A stretch of DNA of 64,000 nucleotides from Mobula hypostoma (Eukaryota): assembly GCF_963921235.1 (NCBI RefSeq), contig NC_086107.1:109370001-109434000 (forward strand), given 5' to 3'. The notes under the pieces were generated by a model. That model searched no databases, was not told the DNA's origin, and saw nothing but the letters and a program-made list of their open reading frames with translations. Numbering within the stretch: the stretch's first letter is position 1; every line of letters begins with the position of its first letter. Shown here one piece after another: positions 12,505-24,495 of this stretch. Both the position numbers and the translations under genes were made by a program.

Positions 12505-13770
12505 GTACAGTATGTGTCTATGCCCAGCTCTGGATTTTTCCCTCTGGGTTTACTCCCAAAGCCTTCCCCATGAGTGGGTATAGCCGCAAGGCAGTGGAGG
12601 CTTGAGATCAGAGTTTTCCTCTCTTAGATGAGCTGACGAGCCCCATCTGCCTGAAGTGACTCATTTTAAGGCACCAGTAACCCAGCTTTGCCCTTCTCCT
12701 GTCAGTAGAAACGGTTCCGCCGGACTTAGTAGCTAAGCCGCACCTGAAGGCCAGGAGCTGGACTTGGTTGTCAGAGGTTATTTGAGGTGCACGTGACTGG
12801 GGATATTTAGTAGGTAGAGGGAGCTTATCCCCGTTACCAAACCCGGCTATAACACCTTGCGGGACCTTGCTCACAGCACGTATTTGTACTGCTTACCATT
12901 CTTCTTCTTAAGACCCCTCATTCCTACTGTGAGATAGGCCGCCAAGGGCAACTCAACATGGTCCTCTGTCCTGGGCCAGCCTTCCATCGAAAATCCTCCC
13001 TCTCCCGGGGATGAGGCCTTTGGAGGTCCTGTTGGTGTGGCTGTAGCGCTGGGTGCTTGCAGGATGAGGTTGCTAGCCCACGCCCGACCCCCACCCCACA
13101 CCGCCGCCTCTCGCAGCCAGGATTGGGACCATCCGTGGCAGAGTTGTGCTTGGTATTCATGTTGGTTTATTATTGTCGCATGTGCCAAGATGCAGTGAAC
13201 TGCTCATACAGATCAGATCATCACATCGTGCATTGAGGTAGAGCAAGGTAAGACAGTAGCAATGCGGAATAGAGCGTAACAGCCACTGAGAAAGTGCAGT
13301 GCAGGTAAACAGTAAACCACAAGGTTATAAAGAGGCAGATTATGAGGTCTAGAACTTACCTCATTGTGCGGGAGGTCCATTTCGAGAGTCTGATGACAGT
13401 GGGATAGAAGCTGTCCTCGGGCCTGGTGGTACGTGCTTTCAGAATTTTGTATCTTCTGCCTGACGGGACAGGGGAGAAAAGAGGGAGAATGTCTGGGATG
13501 GGCTGAGTCTTTGATTGCGTCGGTTGCTTTTTTGAGGCAGCAAGAATTGTAGACAGGGTCCATGGAGGGGAGGTTAAATTCTGAGATGTGCTGAACTGTG
13601 TCCAGAACTGTGTGCGGTTTTTGTGGTCATTTGCAAAGCAGTTGTCGTGCCAAGCCGTTATGCATCCATGTAGAATAGTGTATCAGCAAAACTTTTGGCT
13701 CCAGGAGCACCAATGTAATGGGATCCACCACCTACCGTAACACAATATGCGTTTTGTGTCTCTGTTTCAG

Positions 13771-14235
13771 CAAAGAAACCAGGCCCCACCAGACCATCCT
13801 ACCCTCCCCCACAACAGCCGAAAGCCAATCTGCCGTGGACCTCGAAGCCAGTCTGCAGCACCCTAACCCACACCAGCGAGGACAGGGTGTCCATCGGCCG
13901 CAGAGCCACCACCGGTCCGGTCCGAGTGCCCGCGGTACCTCCCCCTCCCGTTCCCGCTCCTCGCTCCCACCTGCGGACCACCAGCCTGGATTTGCCCAGC
14001 GCAACAGCGGCGGACGGCCTGCAGCCGGGGTCCAAGGACAAGGGCAAACAGACGCTGGAGGCCCTGATCAAGCGGACCATTCCCGAAACCCTGTCCTCCC
14101 ACCCTCGCCACCCGCTGGTCAGCTGGGACAAGCAGCCAGAGGCAATGCCCAGGATCAGGGTTTACTCGGCCGGTCAAGTGATGCTTTCCGGAGTGAAATT
14201 GGAAATGAACGGATCTTCTTCCGAGGACAAAAGTG
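13771..14235 (+). CDS. SH3BP1: SH3BP1-like Pro-rich (SH3-binding) exon; may instead read through to TGA at 14310-14312
   Basis: Acceptor gtctctgtttcag|CA. Translates AKKPGPTRPSYPPPQ...RRATTGPVRVPAVPPPPVPAP, similar to SH3BP1 TKRPAPARPTMPPPQ...LRAPTVPPPLPP. Strong donor G|gtaagc at 14236; AATAAA at 14495-14505 would serve a read-through isoform. Confidence 0.83.
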
Positions 14236-14685
14236 GTAAGCATGGAAAAGGGTGGGTAGCTGCTGAGGGAGGAAAGGTGGAGCGGGTGTGGAGAAGCATT
14301 TCATCAAACTGAACAAAGTATAGTCCAGATCTGGAACAGGCCCTCCGGCTCATAATGTTACACTGAACTAACTAAACTGATAAAGTTAATCCTTCTACCA
14401 CCAACTGATCCATACCCCTCCATCCTCTGCATATTCATGTTTCTGTCTAAGAACCACTTATATGCCCTACTGTATCGGATCTGTCATTGCCAAAAATAAA
14501 ATAAAGTAACTAAAATCATTAGGCCCAGAACACACACACACACACACACACACACTCTCACCCTTACTCACACTCTCCCACTCTCCCACTCTCCCACTCT
14601 CTCACACTCTCACACACACACACACCCCATGACTCAAACATATTTTAGTGTTGCCCTATCACCCACACTGTTCTGAATTCTGAAC

Positions 14686-15013
14686 CAGTGTTCCCTCTAA
14701 TGTTTTTTTTCTTACAGGCCAACCATTGCTCTGGACAGGAAACTTTTACATGGCCTGAAAACTGCGCGACACTTTAATTTTTTTTGTAATATGCGTCCTA
14801 TGACTATCTCGAATGAAAATTGAAATATCACATACTTTTGATTTTATTTGTTAACTAAAGGGTATAATGAAATTCAACAAAGAAAATCTTCAACACTTCA
14901 TAAACTTTTTCTAGCTGTATCCCATTCTAGCTGTGTGGCAGCAGAGGCTCTGTACGTGGGGACATTTCAGTTACCGTACTGCTGTACACCCACACAGCTT
15001 AGTGGGAACAGTG
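14686..15013. mobile_element. hAT-type MITE
   Basis: TIRs cagtgttccctctaa / ttagtgggaacagtg; 8-bp TSD ttctgaac (14678-14685) / atctgaac (15014-15021). Confidence 0.8.
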
Positions 15014-17006
15014 ATCTGAACAGAAAACTACTGTTTTTATTCTGAAATGGCTTACTAGTTATGGATATTGACCATTTGGTAAATTGTACATCTATCTGAA
15101 TTTCTTACTTATAAAATCAATCACTGTTCACAGTAGAGATTTTAAAAGTCAATCAAAACTTCAAGCTGACAATCGATGACATTTTGAAGTTAGTACAGAC
15201 AATTGTCCCTTAGCTCTTGGTGCAGATCACATCCTTCCATTAGTCCTATCTCGTCTGTATCTGGCACTCCCTACTGTGTAAAGGGAAGCTATGTTTTAGA
15301 GAGCCTTTTCTAGACTCACTACAGGGGCTTCACTCATTTTGCTTGACTACACACCATCACAGTCACCCCTGCCTATCTCGTCTGCAGTAAGCAGAGGTGT
15401 CTCTGGTGGTCTCACTTCAAAGGTCTCCCTTGTCTGGGTTTGACTACCCACCTCCTCAGCCATCCCCACCTGGACGTTGTCTTTTATCCTTGCCTTACCA
15501 CGCTCCCTCCAGCAGCACATTCCAGGCACCCACCGTTCCGTGGTTTAAAAAAAACGTGCCCCGCAGATCTCTTCTGTACTTTCCCCTCTCACTTTAAATG
15601 TATGCCCTCTATTATTATACATTTTGACCCAGGGCAAAGATACTGACTGCCTCTCTATGCATCTCATTATTTTGTAAACTTCTATCAGATCTCCTCTCAG
15701 CTTCTGCTTCCTGAGTGTGTCTTACAACCACAGACAAGGCATTCTACTGATGTTGGAAATCCAGAGCAACACACACAAAATGCTGGAGGAACTCAGCAGG
15801 TCAGGCAGCATCTGTGGAGACAAATAAACAGTCCACATTTCAGGGCGAGGTTCTTTTGTCAGTATGTCTTACCTTTCCTTATAGCACGTGCCCTCTAATC
15901 CAGGCAACGTCCTGGAGATCTTGTCTGTGTCCTCTCCCGATCCTCAACATTCCTCCTAAGATAGGCTGACCAGAATTGAATGCACTAACTCTAGCTGCGG
16001 CCCAGTCAGAGTTTTACAAAGCTGCAACTTAACTTCCTGGCTGTAGACTTCAGTTCCTTGACATATAAAGGCTAGTGTGCCACATGTCTTTCTTACCACC
16101 CTAACCTAGGTGCAGCCACCTTCCGTGAGCTGTGTACATCGGCACAGTTAGCAGTCCTGCCTGGTTCAGGAACAGTTATAACCCCTCAACCATCAGGCTC
16201 CTGAACCTGTGTGGGTAACTACACTTACCTCAACACTGAACTGATTCAACAACCTATGGACTCATTCCAAGGACTCAGGTTCTCGGTATTATTTATTTGA
16301 ACTAACGCTGTTTGTCTTCTTTTGCATGTTGGTTGTCTGCCAGTCTTTGATCGTGGGTTCAAAGGTTATTATCAAAGTATACAACCCTGGAATTACTCTT
16401 CTCCAGAGAGTCACGAAACCAAGAAAGAAAAGAACAGCAGTACGATCGTCAACTCACCCCCCACAAATCCCTCCTCCCCACACAAAAAAAATGGAACAGG
16501 CACGTCAACCCCCCCCCCAATCCCTCTCCCCCATGCACAAAAATACGAGAAAGGTCAGGCAGAAATGCAGAATATAAAAAATGATAACACTGAAAAAAAA
16601 ATCTATAGTCCAATTCTATATCCAAAACACAGAAAGCCTGGGTAACATTCTGGGTTTGTGTGTAGTTTTTCATTGGTTCTGTTGCATTAGTTGTGTTCGG
16701 CAGGGATCTGTGCTGCGATCTCTGTTGTTTATAATGTATATAAACGGTCTGGATGAAAATGTAGATGGGTGGGTTAGTAAATTTGCGGATGATACCAAGA
16801 TTGGTGCTGTCCTTTTCTATGTTCTACTTCTTTGTTTTACTATGAATGCCTACAGGAAAATGAATCTTCGGGTTGTATATGGTGATATATACATACATCG
16901 ATAATTAATTTACTTTGAACTTTGCTAGTGCCTCCTCCCCCTCCTCTTCATTTCAGCTACAATCCTTAACCCTTCTCCTTTCTCCCTCTGGAGCTTCACC
17001 TTAAAC

Positions 17007-17086
17007 CAGGGGTTCCCAACTCTTTGATACCGTGGACCCCCTACCATTAACTGAGGGGTCTGTGAATCCCAGGTTGAGAAGCCCTG
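17007..17086. mobile_element. 80-bp hAT-Charlie-type MITE (second copy about 57502-57590)
   Basis: TIRs caggggttcccaac / gttgagaagccctg; perfect 8-bp TSD ccttaaac at 16999-17006 and 17087-17094. Confidence 0.85.
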
Positions 17087-17559
17087 CCTTAAACCCATCA
17101 CCAGTCACTTCTGCCACTGCCTGCAAGAGCACGAGAGCAAGTTCCATATCCTTCCGCCCCCCCGGTCCCTTGTTCTGGTCCATCCTTCGGGCAGAGAAGA
17201 TACTTCAAGCTGATCAAATCCCTTTCATCATTTTAAAGCCCCCATCAGTCTTCTCCATTCCGGAGAAGGGAGCCTTGGCTCTTTCACATTTCCAACAGTT
17301 CTGACAATGTCCTTGCAAATCCATTTGAAACTGTTTCTTAATGGAGTGGCCAAAAACAGTGCATCCTCCGAGTGAAGGTAACAGGTTCTCTGAGTGGTAG
17401 GTGTTATTTTTGAACTTGCAGCAATTTGGAGGAACATTTAGGTGACAAATATGGATTCCTTTAAGTACCGGTGCTCAAGTCAAGATGCTTATGATGACTT
17501 AAGAGTCAGGGTGGAGGGAGAGAACTGATCTTTCTAATTGGAAGGTGTGAGGCGTGGGA

Positions 17560-18890
17560 TGGTGTTGGTTTGTGAGGGGTGGGGGTAGGGGGATGGGTGG
17601 TGGGGGTTTGTGAGGGGTGGGGATAGGGGGACGTGTGTTGGGGGTTTGAGGAGTGGGGATACGGGGACGGGTGATGGGTGTTTGTGAGGGGTGGGGATAG
17701 GGGACGGGTGATGGGGGTTTGTGAGGGGTGGGGATAGGGGGACGGGTGGTGGGGGTTTGTGAAGGGTGGGGATAGGGGGACGGGTGTTGGGGTTGTGAGG
17801 CCTGGGGATTGGGGATTTTGAGTGGTGGGGATAGGGGTAAGGGTGTTGGGGATTCTGAGGCCTGGGCATAGGGGATGGGTGTTGGGGTTGTGAGAGATGG
17901 GGATAGGGGGACGGGTGTTGGGGTTTGTGAGGGGTGAGGATGGAGGATTGGTGGTGGGGAGCGTGTGAGGGGTGGGATGGGTGTTGGGGGTTATGAGGGG
18001 TGGGGAAAGGGGGATGGGTGTTGGGGAGTTGTGAGGAGTGAGGATAGAGGAGTGGGTGTTGGTTGTGAAGGGTGGGGATAGGGGGACGGGTGTTGGGGTT
18101 GTGAGGCCTGGGGATTGGGGATTTTGAGTGGTGGGGATAGGGGTAAGGGTGTTGGGGATTGTCAGGCCTGGGGATAGGGGATGGGTGTTGGGGTTGTGAG
18201 AGATGGGGATAGGGGGACGGGTGTTGGGGTTTGTGAGGGGTAGGGATAGGGGGATGGGTGTTGGGGTTTGTGAGGGGTGGGGATGGAGGATTGGTGGTGG
18301 GGAGCGTGTGAGGGGTGGGATGGGTGTTGGGGGTTATGAGGGGTGGGGAAAGGGGGATGGGTGTTGGGGAGGAGTGAGGATAGAGGAATGGGTGTTGGTT
18401 GTGAAGGGTGGGGATAGGTGGATTGGTGGTGGGGAGGGTGTGTGGGGTGGGGATAGGGGGACGGGTGTTGGGGTTGTAAGGGATGGGGGATGGGTGTTGG
18501 GGATTTTGAGTGGTGGGGATAGGGGTAAGGGTGTTGGGGTTGTGAGGCCTGGGGATAGGTGATGGGTGTTGGGGTTGTGAGAGATGGGGATAGGGGTAAG
18601 GATGTTGGGGATTGTGAAGGGTGGGGATAGGGGGATGGGTGTTAGGGTTGTAAGAGATGGGGATGGGTGTTTGGGGGTTTTTGAGTGGTGGGGATAGGGG
18701 TGAGGGTGTTGGGGTTGTGAGGCCTGGAGACAGGGAATGGGTGTTGGGTGTTTGTGAGCTGTGGGAAAAGGGGAAAGGGTGTTGGGTGTTGTGAGAGATG
18801 GGGATTGGTGGTGGGGAGAGTGTGAGGAGTGAGGATGGAAGGAGTGGATGGATGGGGGAAGCTGTGAGAGGTGGGAATCGGGGGGGGGGT
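17560..18890 (+). repeat. G-rich ~30-bp minisatellite with higher-order duplication
   Basis: Unit resembles gggtgttggggttgtgaggggtggggataggggga(c/t). Blocks starting at 17761 and 18067 are near-identical (306-bp offset). Confidence 0.92.
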
Positions 18891-19312
18891 GGAAATGAAG
18901 ACTTCAGAATGCAGAACTCAAAATGAGCACAGCCTCCCTCAGGAGTAATGGATGATGGCTAATACTCCATACAACACTTGTGGAGATTTAATAATCATAA
19001 TAACTTTATTTAAAGAGCTTTAAAAAAAATGATGTAATTCAAAGTGCTTTACAATAGGATAAGAGAACAAACATGAAAATAAAATAAACATGGCAATAAA
19101 AGATAAAAAGATGTTTGTTAAAGACAAGGTTAAATAAATAGGTTTTGACACGTCATTTATAAGCGTGAACTTAGGCTGCGTCCCTTATAGATTTAAGTTT
19201 TGAATTCCACAGTTTAGAAGCATAGGTATTAAAGTGACCGACACAATCTGTGTCTCTCTGCCCCCAAAGAGGGTTTCACATTCTTCCATTATCCTTATCC
19301 CACCTGTCTCAG

Positions 19313-19553
19313 GCACCCCCTGTGTAAAGAGGCGCTATGATGCAGAATGCTCTTTCTGGAAAAGTGACACGACAGAGGCCTTACTCACCTCGATTGTCGC
19401 AGTCACCCCGGTCTATCTCGTCCGTCATAAGCCAAGGTGCCTCTGGCGGTCCCACTGGACCACAACTGCCCCCAGGTTATCCTTGCCTGGACGCTGTCTT
19501 CAACCCTCGCCGTGCCGCAACTCGCACACTCGCGCTGGTTTACTACGCAGCAG
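19313..19553 (+). CDS. Candidate additional 3' exon of the SH3BP1-like gene
   Basis: Unique CpG-rich segment between repeats. Acceptor ccacctgtctcag|GC, donor CAG|gtcagt; open in the phase required by the 14235 donor. No recognisable homology. Confidence 0.45.
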
Positions 19554-20262
19554 GTCAGTGCACATCGTAATAACTTGATACAGAGGGACAACTCAACCAT
19601 GAGCTACACACACTAAATGCTGGAGGAATTCAGCAGCTACGGAAAAGAATAGAGAGTCAATGTTTTTTCTTATTTATTTATTTATTGAGATGCAGTGTGG
19701 AATCGGCCCTTCGAGCCATGCCACCCAGCAACCCTCGATTTAACCCTAGCCCATTCATGGGAGAATTTACAATGACCAATTAACCACCAACCAGTACGCC
19801 TTTGGACTGTGGAGGAAACCAGGGCACCCGGAGGAGACCCACATGGTCACAAGAAGAGCATACAAACAGCGGCGGGAATTGAACCTGGGGCATTAGTACT
19901 GTAAAGAGTTGTGCTAACCCCTGCACTACCATGCTGCCCGCTGTGAAGAGACCCTTCGTCAGGACTGGAAAGGAGCCAGAATGAGAGGGTGGGGAGGGGA
20001 GGGTAAGGAGTAGAAACTGGCAAGTGATAGGGGAGACCAGGTGGGTGGGTAGGAGAGGGGGATGGAGTAAGAAGCTGGGAAGGGATAGGTGCAAGAGGTA
20101 AAGGGCTGAAGAAGAAGAGATCTGATAGGAACTTAGTCATACAGCACAGAAACAGGTGATTCGGTCCATCTAATCTATGCCGATCTATTATTTTACTTAA
20201 AACCCAAAGCTCTTCCATTTCGGATGAGCGGTACTCAACCTGTACCGTCTGTTTCCTTGCAG

Positions 20263-20368
20263 GTTCCCAGGAGCAGTTACCAGAAGCCACCACAGAAGAG
20301 CAGTCATGATGATCATCATCCTCCCTGTATTCCCCCCACCCACCCAGTTCCAAAAACAGAACCTATGA
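20263..20368 (+). CDS. Candidate terminal coding exon of the SH3BP1-like gene
   Basis: Acceptor ctgtttccttgcag|G. Stop at 20366-20368, or 20307-20309 in the alternative frame. Followed by UTR-like sequence ending in AATAAA at 21493. Confidence 0.4.
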
Positions 20369-21492
20369 TTGGACAACGCTGGAGCACCTGCAATACAAGT
20401 CATTTTTATTGGCTCCCCTTTCATTCCAGCATCCAATGAGAAAGTGATGATTTGAGACCTGCCTGTCCCATTGGCTAGCCCACGCCAGAGAAGCGTCCAA
20501 TCGATTTGGGCAGATCCTGGTTTGCCTTTTGTCGACGGGGGAAGGCCGAAGGCCTGAAGTGAGGGTGGGAGAGACTGACGTGCCCAGCAATGACCACGAC
20601 AAGTGCGAGCAGTCTGTCACCAGGCAGGAGAGAGGCATTCCTGTTCAAGACCAGCTCCCATCCCCAGGAATGTTCTGCCCCCTGGCATGGGGATGCAAAT
20701 CCAGGAGAGAGATCCTGAGGACTGAGTGCAGCCTCTGCCCAGACTCGGCCAGGGTGCAAAATCAGACGCAAGATGTTCCAAAGCCTTTCCCATTACTGTG
20801 TAGTCTCTCCACAAAAGATTAGCCTTATTTGTCACACGTACATCGAAACGTACGGCAAAATGCGCCGTATGCGTCAACAACCAACACAGTCCGAGGGCGT
20901 GCTGGGGGCAGCCCGCAAGTGCGCCAAGGTAGCAAGCCCACAACTTACCGACTCTAGCCTGTACGTGTTTGGAATGTGGGAGGAAATGCACATCACCACG
21001 GGGAGAAGGTACAGGCTTCTTATGGACAGCAGCAGGAATTGAACACCGGTCTTCATGCTGGCAGTGTAAAGCGTCGCGCTAGCCACTGCGCCTCTGTGCT
21101 GCCTGGCCCGTCCTCCCGCCGGCGCCAGCCTGGGTCGTGTGCTTGCATTTGTGAAGTTTGCGGTGGGGGGGGGGGGTGGAGTTCAACCTCACAGCCACCC
21201 GCCTCAGGACGGAGAGTATGACCCCCGTGAGCCAGAGCTGGCATCTCGTGGTGAGCGCAGTGGAACACTCGGCCTGGTCTCGGCCCTCGACTGCAGCCCA
21301 GCCCGCTCTGCGGCGCAGTGAGTGGGCTTCAGGTGAGGGGTGGGACACCTCCGCCTGCCTCAGCCCTCTGACCAGAAGTGCCATATTCTGTACCCAGTGG
21401 CCCAGGCCCCTTTATTTTTGTACAAAAATATCTCTCTGTAAATACTACATGAAAAGTGCCTTGTGTAATTTAAATATGCCTGATACCGCAGT

Positions 21493-21498
21493 AATAAA
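21493..21498 (+). terminator. Probable distal polyadenylation signal of the SH3BP1-like gene
   Basis: AATAAA preceded by an AT-rich tract with several TGTA motifs (21411-21470) and followed by T-rich sequence. Confidence 0.5.
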
Positions 21499-21637
21499 AG
21501 AAGATAGAGTTTTCTGACTTGCTATTCATTTATCAGAGAAAAGAACATCTTTGCAGCTTATTCAGTCCTTTGAGTTTGTGCTAGCCACGGAAGAACAATC
21601 GGGCCTTATCCCTCGTCTCAGCTTTTAGTCTATAACA

Positions 21638-22095
21638 CCGTCTGGGTAGCCTCCAACCTGACGGCATGAATATTGACTTCTCTAACTTCCGTTAATGCCC
21701 CACCTCCCCCTCGTACCCCATCCGTTATTTATTTATATACACACATTCTTTTTCTCTCTCTTCTTTTTCTCCCTCTGTCCCTCTGACTATACCCCTTGCC
21801 CATCCTCTCGGTTTTTCCCACCCTCCCCCTTTTCTTTCTCCCTGGGCCTCCTGTCCCATGATCCTCTCAAATCCCTTTTGCCTATCACCTGTCCAGCTCT
21901 TGGCTCCATCCCTCCCCCTCCTGTCTTCTCCTATCATTTCAGATCTCCCCCTCCCCCTCCCACTTTCATATCTCTTACTAGCTCTTCTTTCAGTTAGTCC
22001 TGACGAAGGGTCTCGGCCCAAAACGTCGACTGTACCTCTTCCTAGAGATGCTGCCTGGCCTGCTGCGTTCACCAGCAACTTTGATGTGTGTTGCT
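21638..22095 (+). mobile_element. Penelope-like pseudo-LTR fragment
   Basis: Starts at RLGSLQPDGMNIDFSNFR*, then a pyrimidine tract and a hammerhead motif with GAAA changed to AAAA at 22020. Similar copies lie at 23580-23955 and 24570-25045 (+) and at 25485-25990 and 28505-29030 (-). Confidence 0.85.
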
Positions 22096-22180
22096 GGTGT
22101 ACAACCCTGTTGGTTTTAGTTGTACAAGATTTTTTGAATGTTTAGACCTACTGCATGGTAACAACCCATCAGGCCCAATT

Positions 22181-23186
22181 TGTGTGTAGAGCCCAGGTAT
22201 GTGGGCACCAAGTACCACTATGTGCCCAGGTTCTACTTGTCGCCCTGGCTACGAAGGATGGGTCTGGCCCCACTCCCGCGCAACGCCCCAGTCAGCTGGT
22301 CGTTGCCGGCATACCTGTCCTACGTAGCAAAGTTCTTCCAGGAGAACGCCTTTGACCACAGGGCCATCAGGCAGTGGTCGGCACGTAGTGTCCTGCAGGC
22401 ACTGCAGGAGAAGGACGTGATGGACACAGTGGGGTGGTTCCCTGAGCAGACTGTCCAGTTCATCTGGCAAAATGCCTCATCGCCAGATCTAACCAACAGG
22501 CACCAAGACCTCACCTGGCTGGCGGTGAGAGGGGCCCTCCCAGTCAGAGCCCTCCTGTACGCCCGGAACGTCGTCTCCGCACCCCACTGCCCATGGGAGG
22601 ACTGCAGTGAGGAGGAGTCTGTGACCCACCTCTTTGCACACTGCCAGTTCGCAAAGAGGGTGTGGAGGAGGATGGACGGGCTAGTGTCACGTTTTATCCC
22701 CAGCAGCTGCGTAACAGAGGACTCTCTGATCTACGGGCTGTTCCCGGGGACGCACACGGAGACCAACATCCGGTGCTGCTGGCAGATCATCAACTCAGTG
22801 AAAGACGCTCTTTGGTCGGCCCGAAACTTGATGATCTACCAGCACATGGAGATATCTGTGGGAGAATGCTGCCGACTGGCACATTCTCGGCTGCAGGAGT
22901 ACGTGCTGAGGGACGCACTGAAACTCAGTGCAGCCACCGCAAGGGCCCGGTGGGGAAGGACCACAGGGTGGGTTTCTTCACCCGCGGGAGTGGGAGGGGT
23001 CGGAGGCGGGGAGTATACCCCTCAACAATGATATGGTAAGCTGAACTACTGGAGTGCCACGTGGGTGGCTATAAATACGGATATGTACTGTGTATAATGG
23101 AAACGTATGTAAAGGATGAAAAGTTATTGAATGGTTTATTGTATATATTTATTTTTGAATAAAATATATTTTGAAATAAAAAAAAA
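22181..23186 (+). mobile_element. L1/Tx1-clade LINE, 5'-truncated, young
   Basis: Uninterrupted 283-codon frame with a zf-RVT-type motif (CPWEDCSEEESVTHLFAHC), 3' UTR, AATAAA and poly(A). Perfect 13-bp TSD atcaggcccaatt at 22168-22180 and 23187-23199. Confidence 0.9.
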
Positions 23187-23846
23187 ATCAGGCCCAATTA
23201 GACCATAAGACCATGATGTATAGGAACAGAATGAGGCCACTGAATCTGTTCTGCCATTCCATCATGGCGGATTTATCAACCCTCCCAACCCCATTCTCCT
23301 GCCATTTGACAAATCTGTACGTCTCTGGGATGTGGGATGAAACTGGAGCACCCAGAGGAAACCCCTGCAATCAGATGGGAGAACGTACTATCTACCAACA
23401 GTCAGTGGCAGGAATTGAACCCGGATCACTGGCTCTGTAATGGCATTACGCCAACCTCTACGGTACTCTGCCACTTGCCTCTGCCGCACTCTCAGGCTGA
23501 AAGTTCAGGCCTCCTCCTTGCCCCTTTCTGGGTGAGAATAATTCTGCTTAATGTTCATCCAAACCCCCAACAAGTATTTTAAATATTGATTTCTCCTTCT
23601 GGCGAACAAGTTCCCCCCAAACCCCACCTTCCTCTATTCCCCCACTCTGACCTTTTACCACTTCTCACCTGCCTATAACTTCCTCCTGTGTTCCTTCCTC
23701 CTCCCTTTCTCCCGTGGTCCACTATCAGATTCCTTCCTCTCCCAGCCCTTGACCTTTCCCACCCACCTGGCTTCACCTATCACCTTCCAGCTAGCCTCCT
23801 TCCCCACCCCCACCTTTTCGTTCTGGTGTCTTGCCCCTTTGTTCTC

Positions 23847-23882
23847 AGTCCTGAAGAAGGGTCTCGACCCGAAACGTTGACT
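23847..23882 (+). ncRNA. Minimal type-I hammerhead ribozyme motif (Penelope-associated)
   Basis: AGTC-CTGAAGA-A-GGGT-CTCG-ACCC-GAAAC-GTT-GACT: both core boxes, stem I AGTC/GACT, stem II, GUU triplet. Confidence 0.6.
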
Positions 23883-24187
23883 ATTTATTCCCTTCCATAG
23901 ATGCTGCCCGACCTGCTGAGATCCTCCAGCATTTTGTGTGTGTTGATTTGGATTTTAAATTGATGACTTGACTTTGTACGAGCAGTGGTATAAAAGTGAC
24001 AAGGGGAGAGTGGTCAAATTTGGTCAGTCAGATTCGGAATCAGATTTATTGTCACTGAAAAATGTCGTAACTTTGGCCGTTTTGCAGCAGCACAGATCAA
24101 TATATAAAATATACTATAAATTGTTCTGGCTATGAACCGGGAGACTCTGAAGTTGGTGAATATTAAAGCCTTCATTCAGTAAATGTG

Positions 24188-24495
24188 TGGACACGTGGCC
24201 AAGTGGTTAAGGCATTCGACTAGCAACCTGAAGGTCGTGCGTTCGAGCCCCAGCCGAGGCAGCGTGTTGTGTCCTTGAGCAAGGCACTTAATGACACAGT
24301 GCTCTGCGACGACACTGGTGCCAAGCTGTATGGGTCCTAATGCCCTTCCCTTGGACAACATCGGTGTCGTGGAGGAGGGAGACTTGCAGCATGGGCAACT
24401 GCTGGTCTTCCATACAACCTTGCCCAGGCCTGCACCCTGGAGAGTGAAAACTTTCCAGGCACAGATCCATGGTCTCGCAAGACTAACGGATCCCA
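24188..24495 (+). mobile_element. tRNA-derived SINE (second copy about 50930-51225)
   Basis: A-box TGGCCAAGTGG, B-box GTTCGAGCCC, CORE-like gtgtccttgagcaaggcacttaa; two highly similar copies. Confidence 0.8.

Noticed and set aside
13718..14239. 173-aa ORF and antisense ORFs over the GC-rich exon
   Set aside because: Shadow frames; splice phase and SH3BP1 similarity support the 13773 frame.
17534..18562. Pro/His-rich and Gly-rich ORFs
   Set aside because: Translations of the G-rich minisatellite.
24188..24262. tRNA-like A/B boxes suggesting a tRNA gene
   Set aside because: No clean acceptor stem or poly-T terminator; it continues into a SINE body repeated at about 50930.
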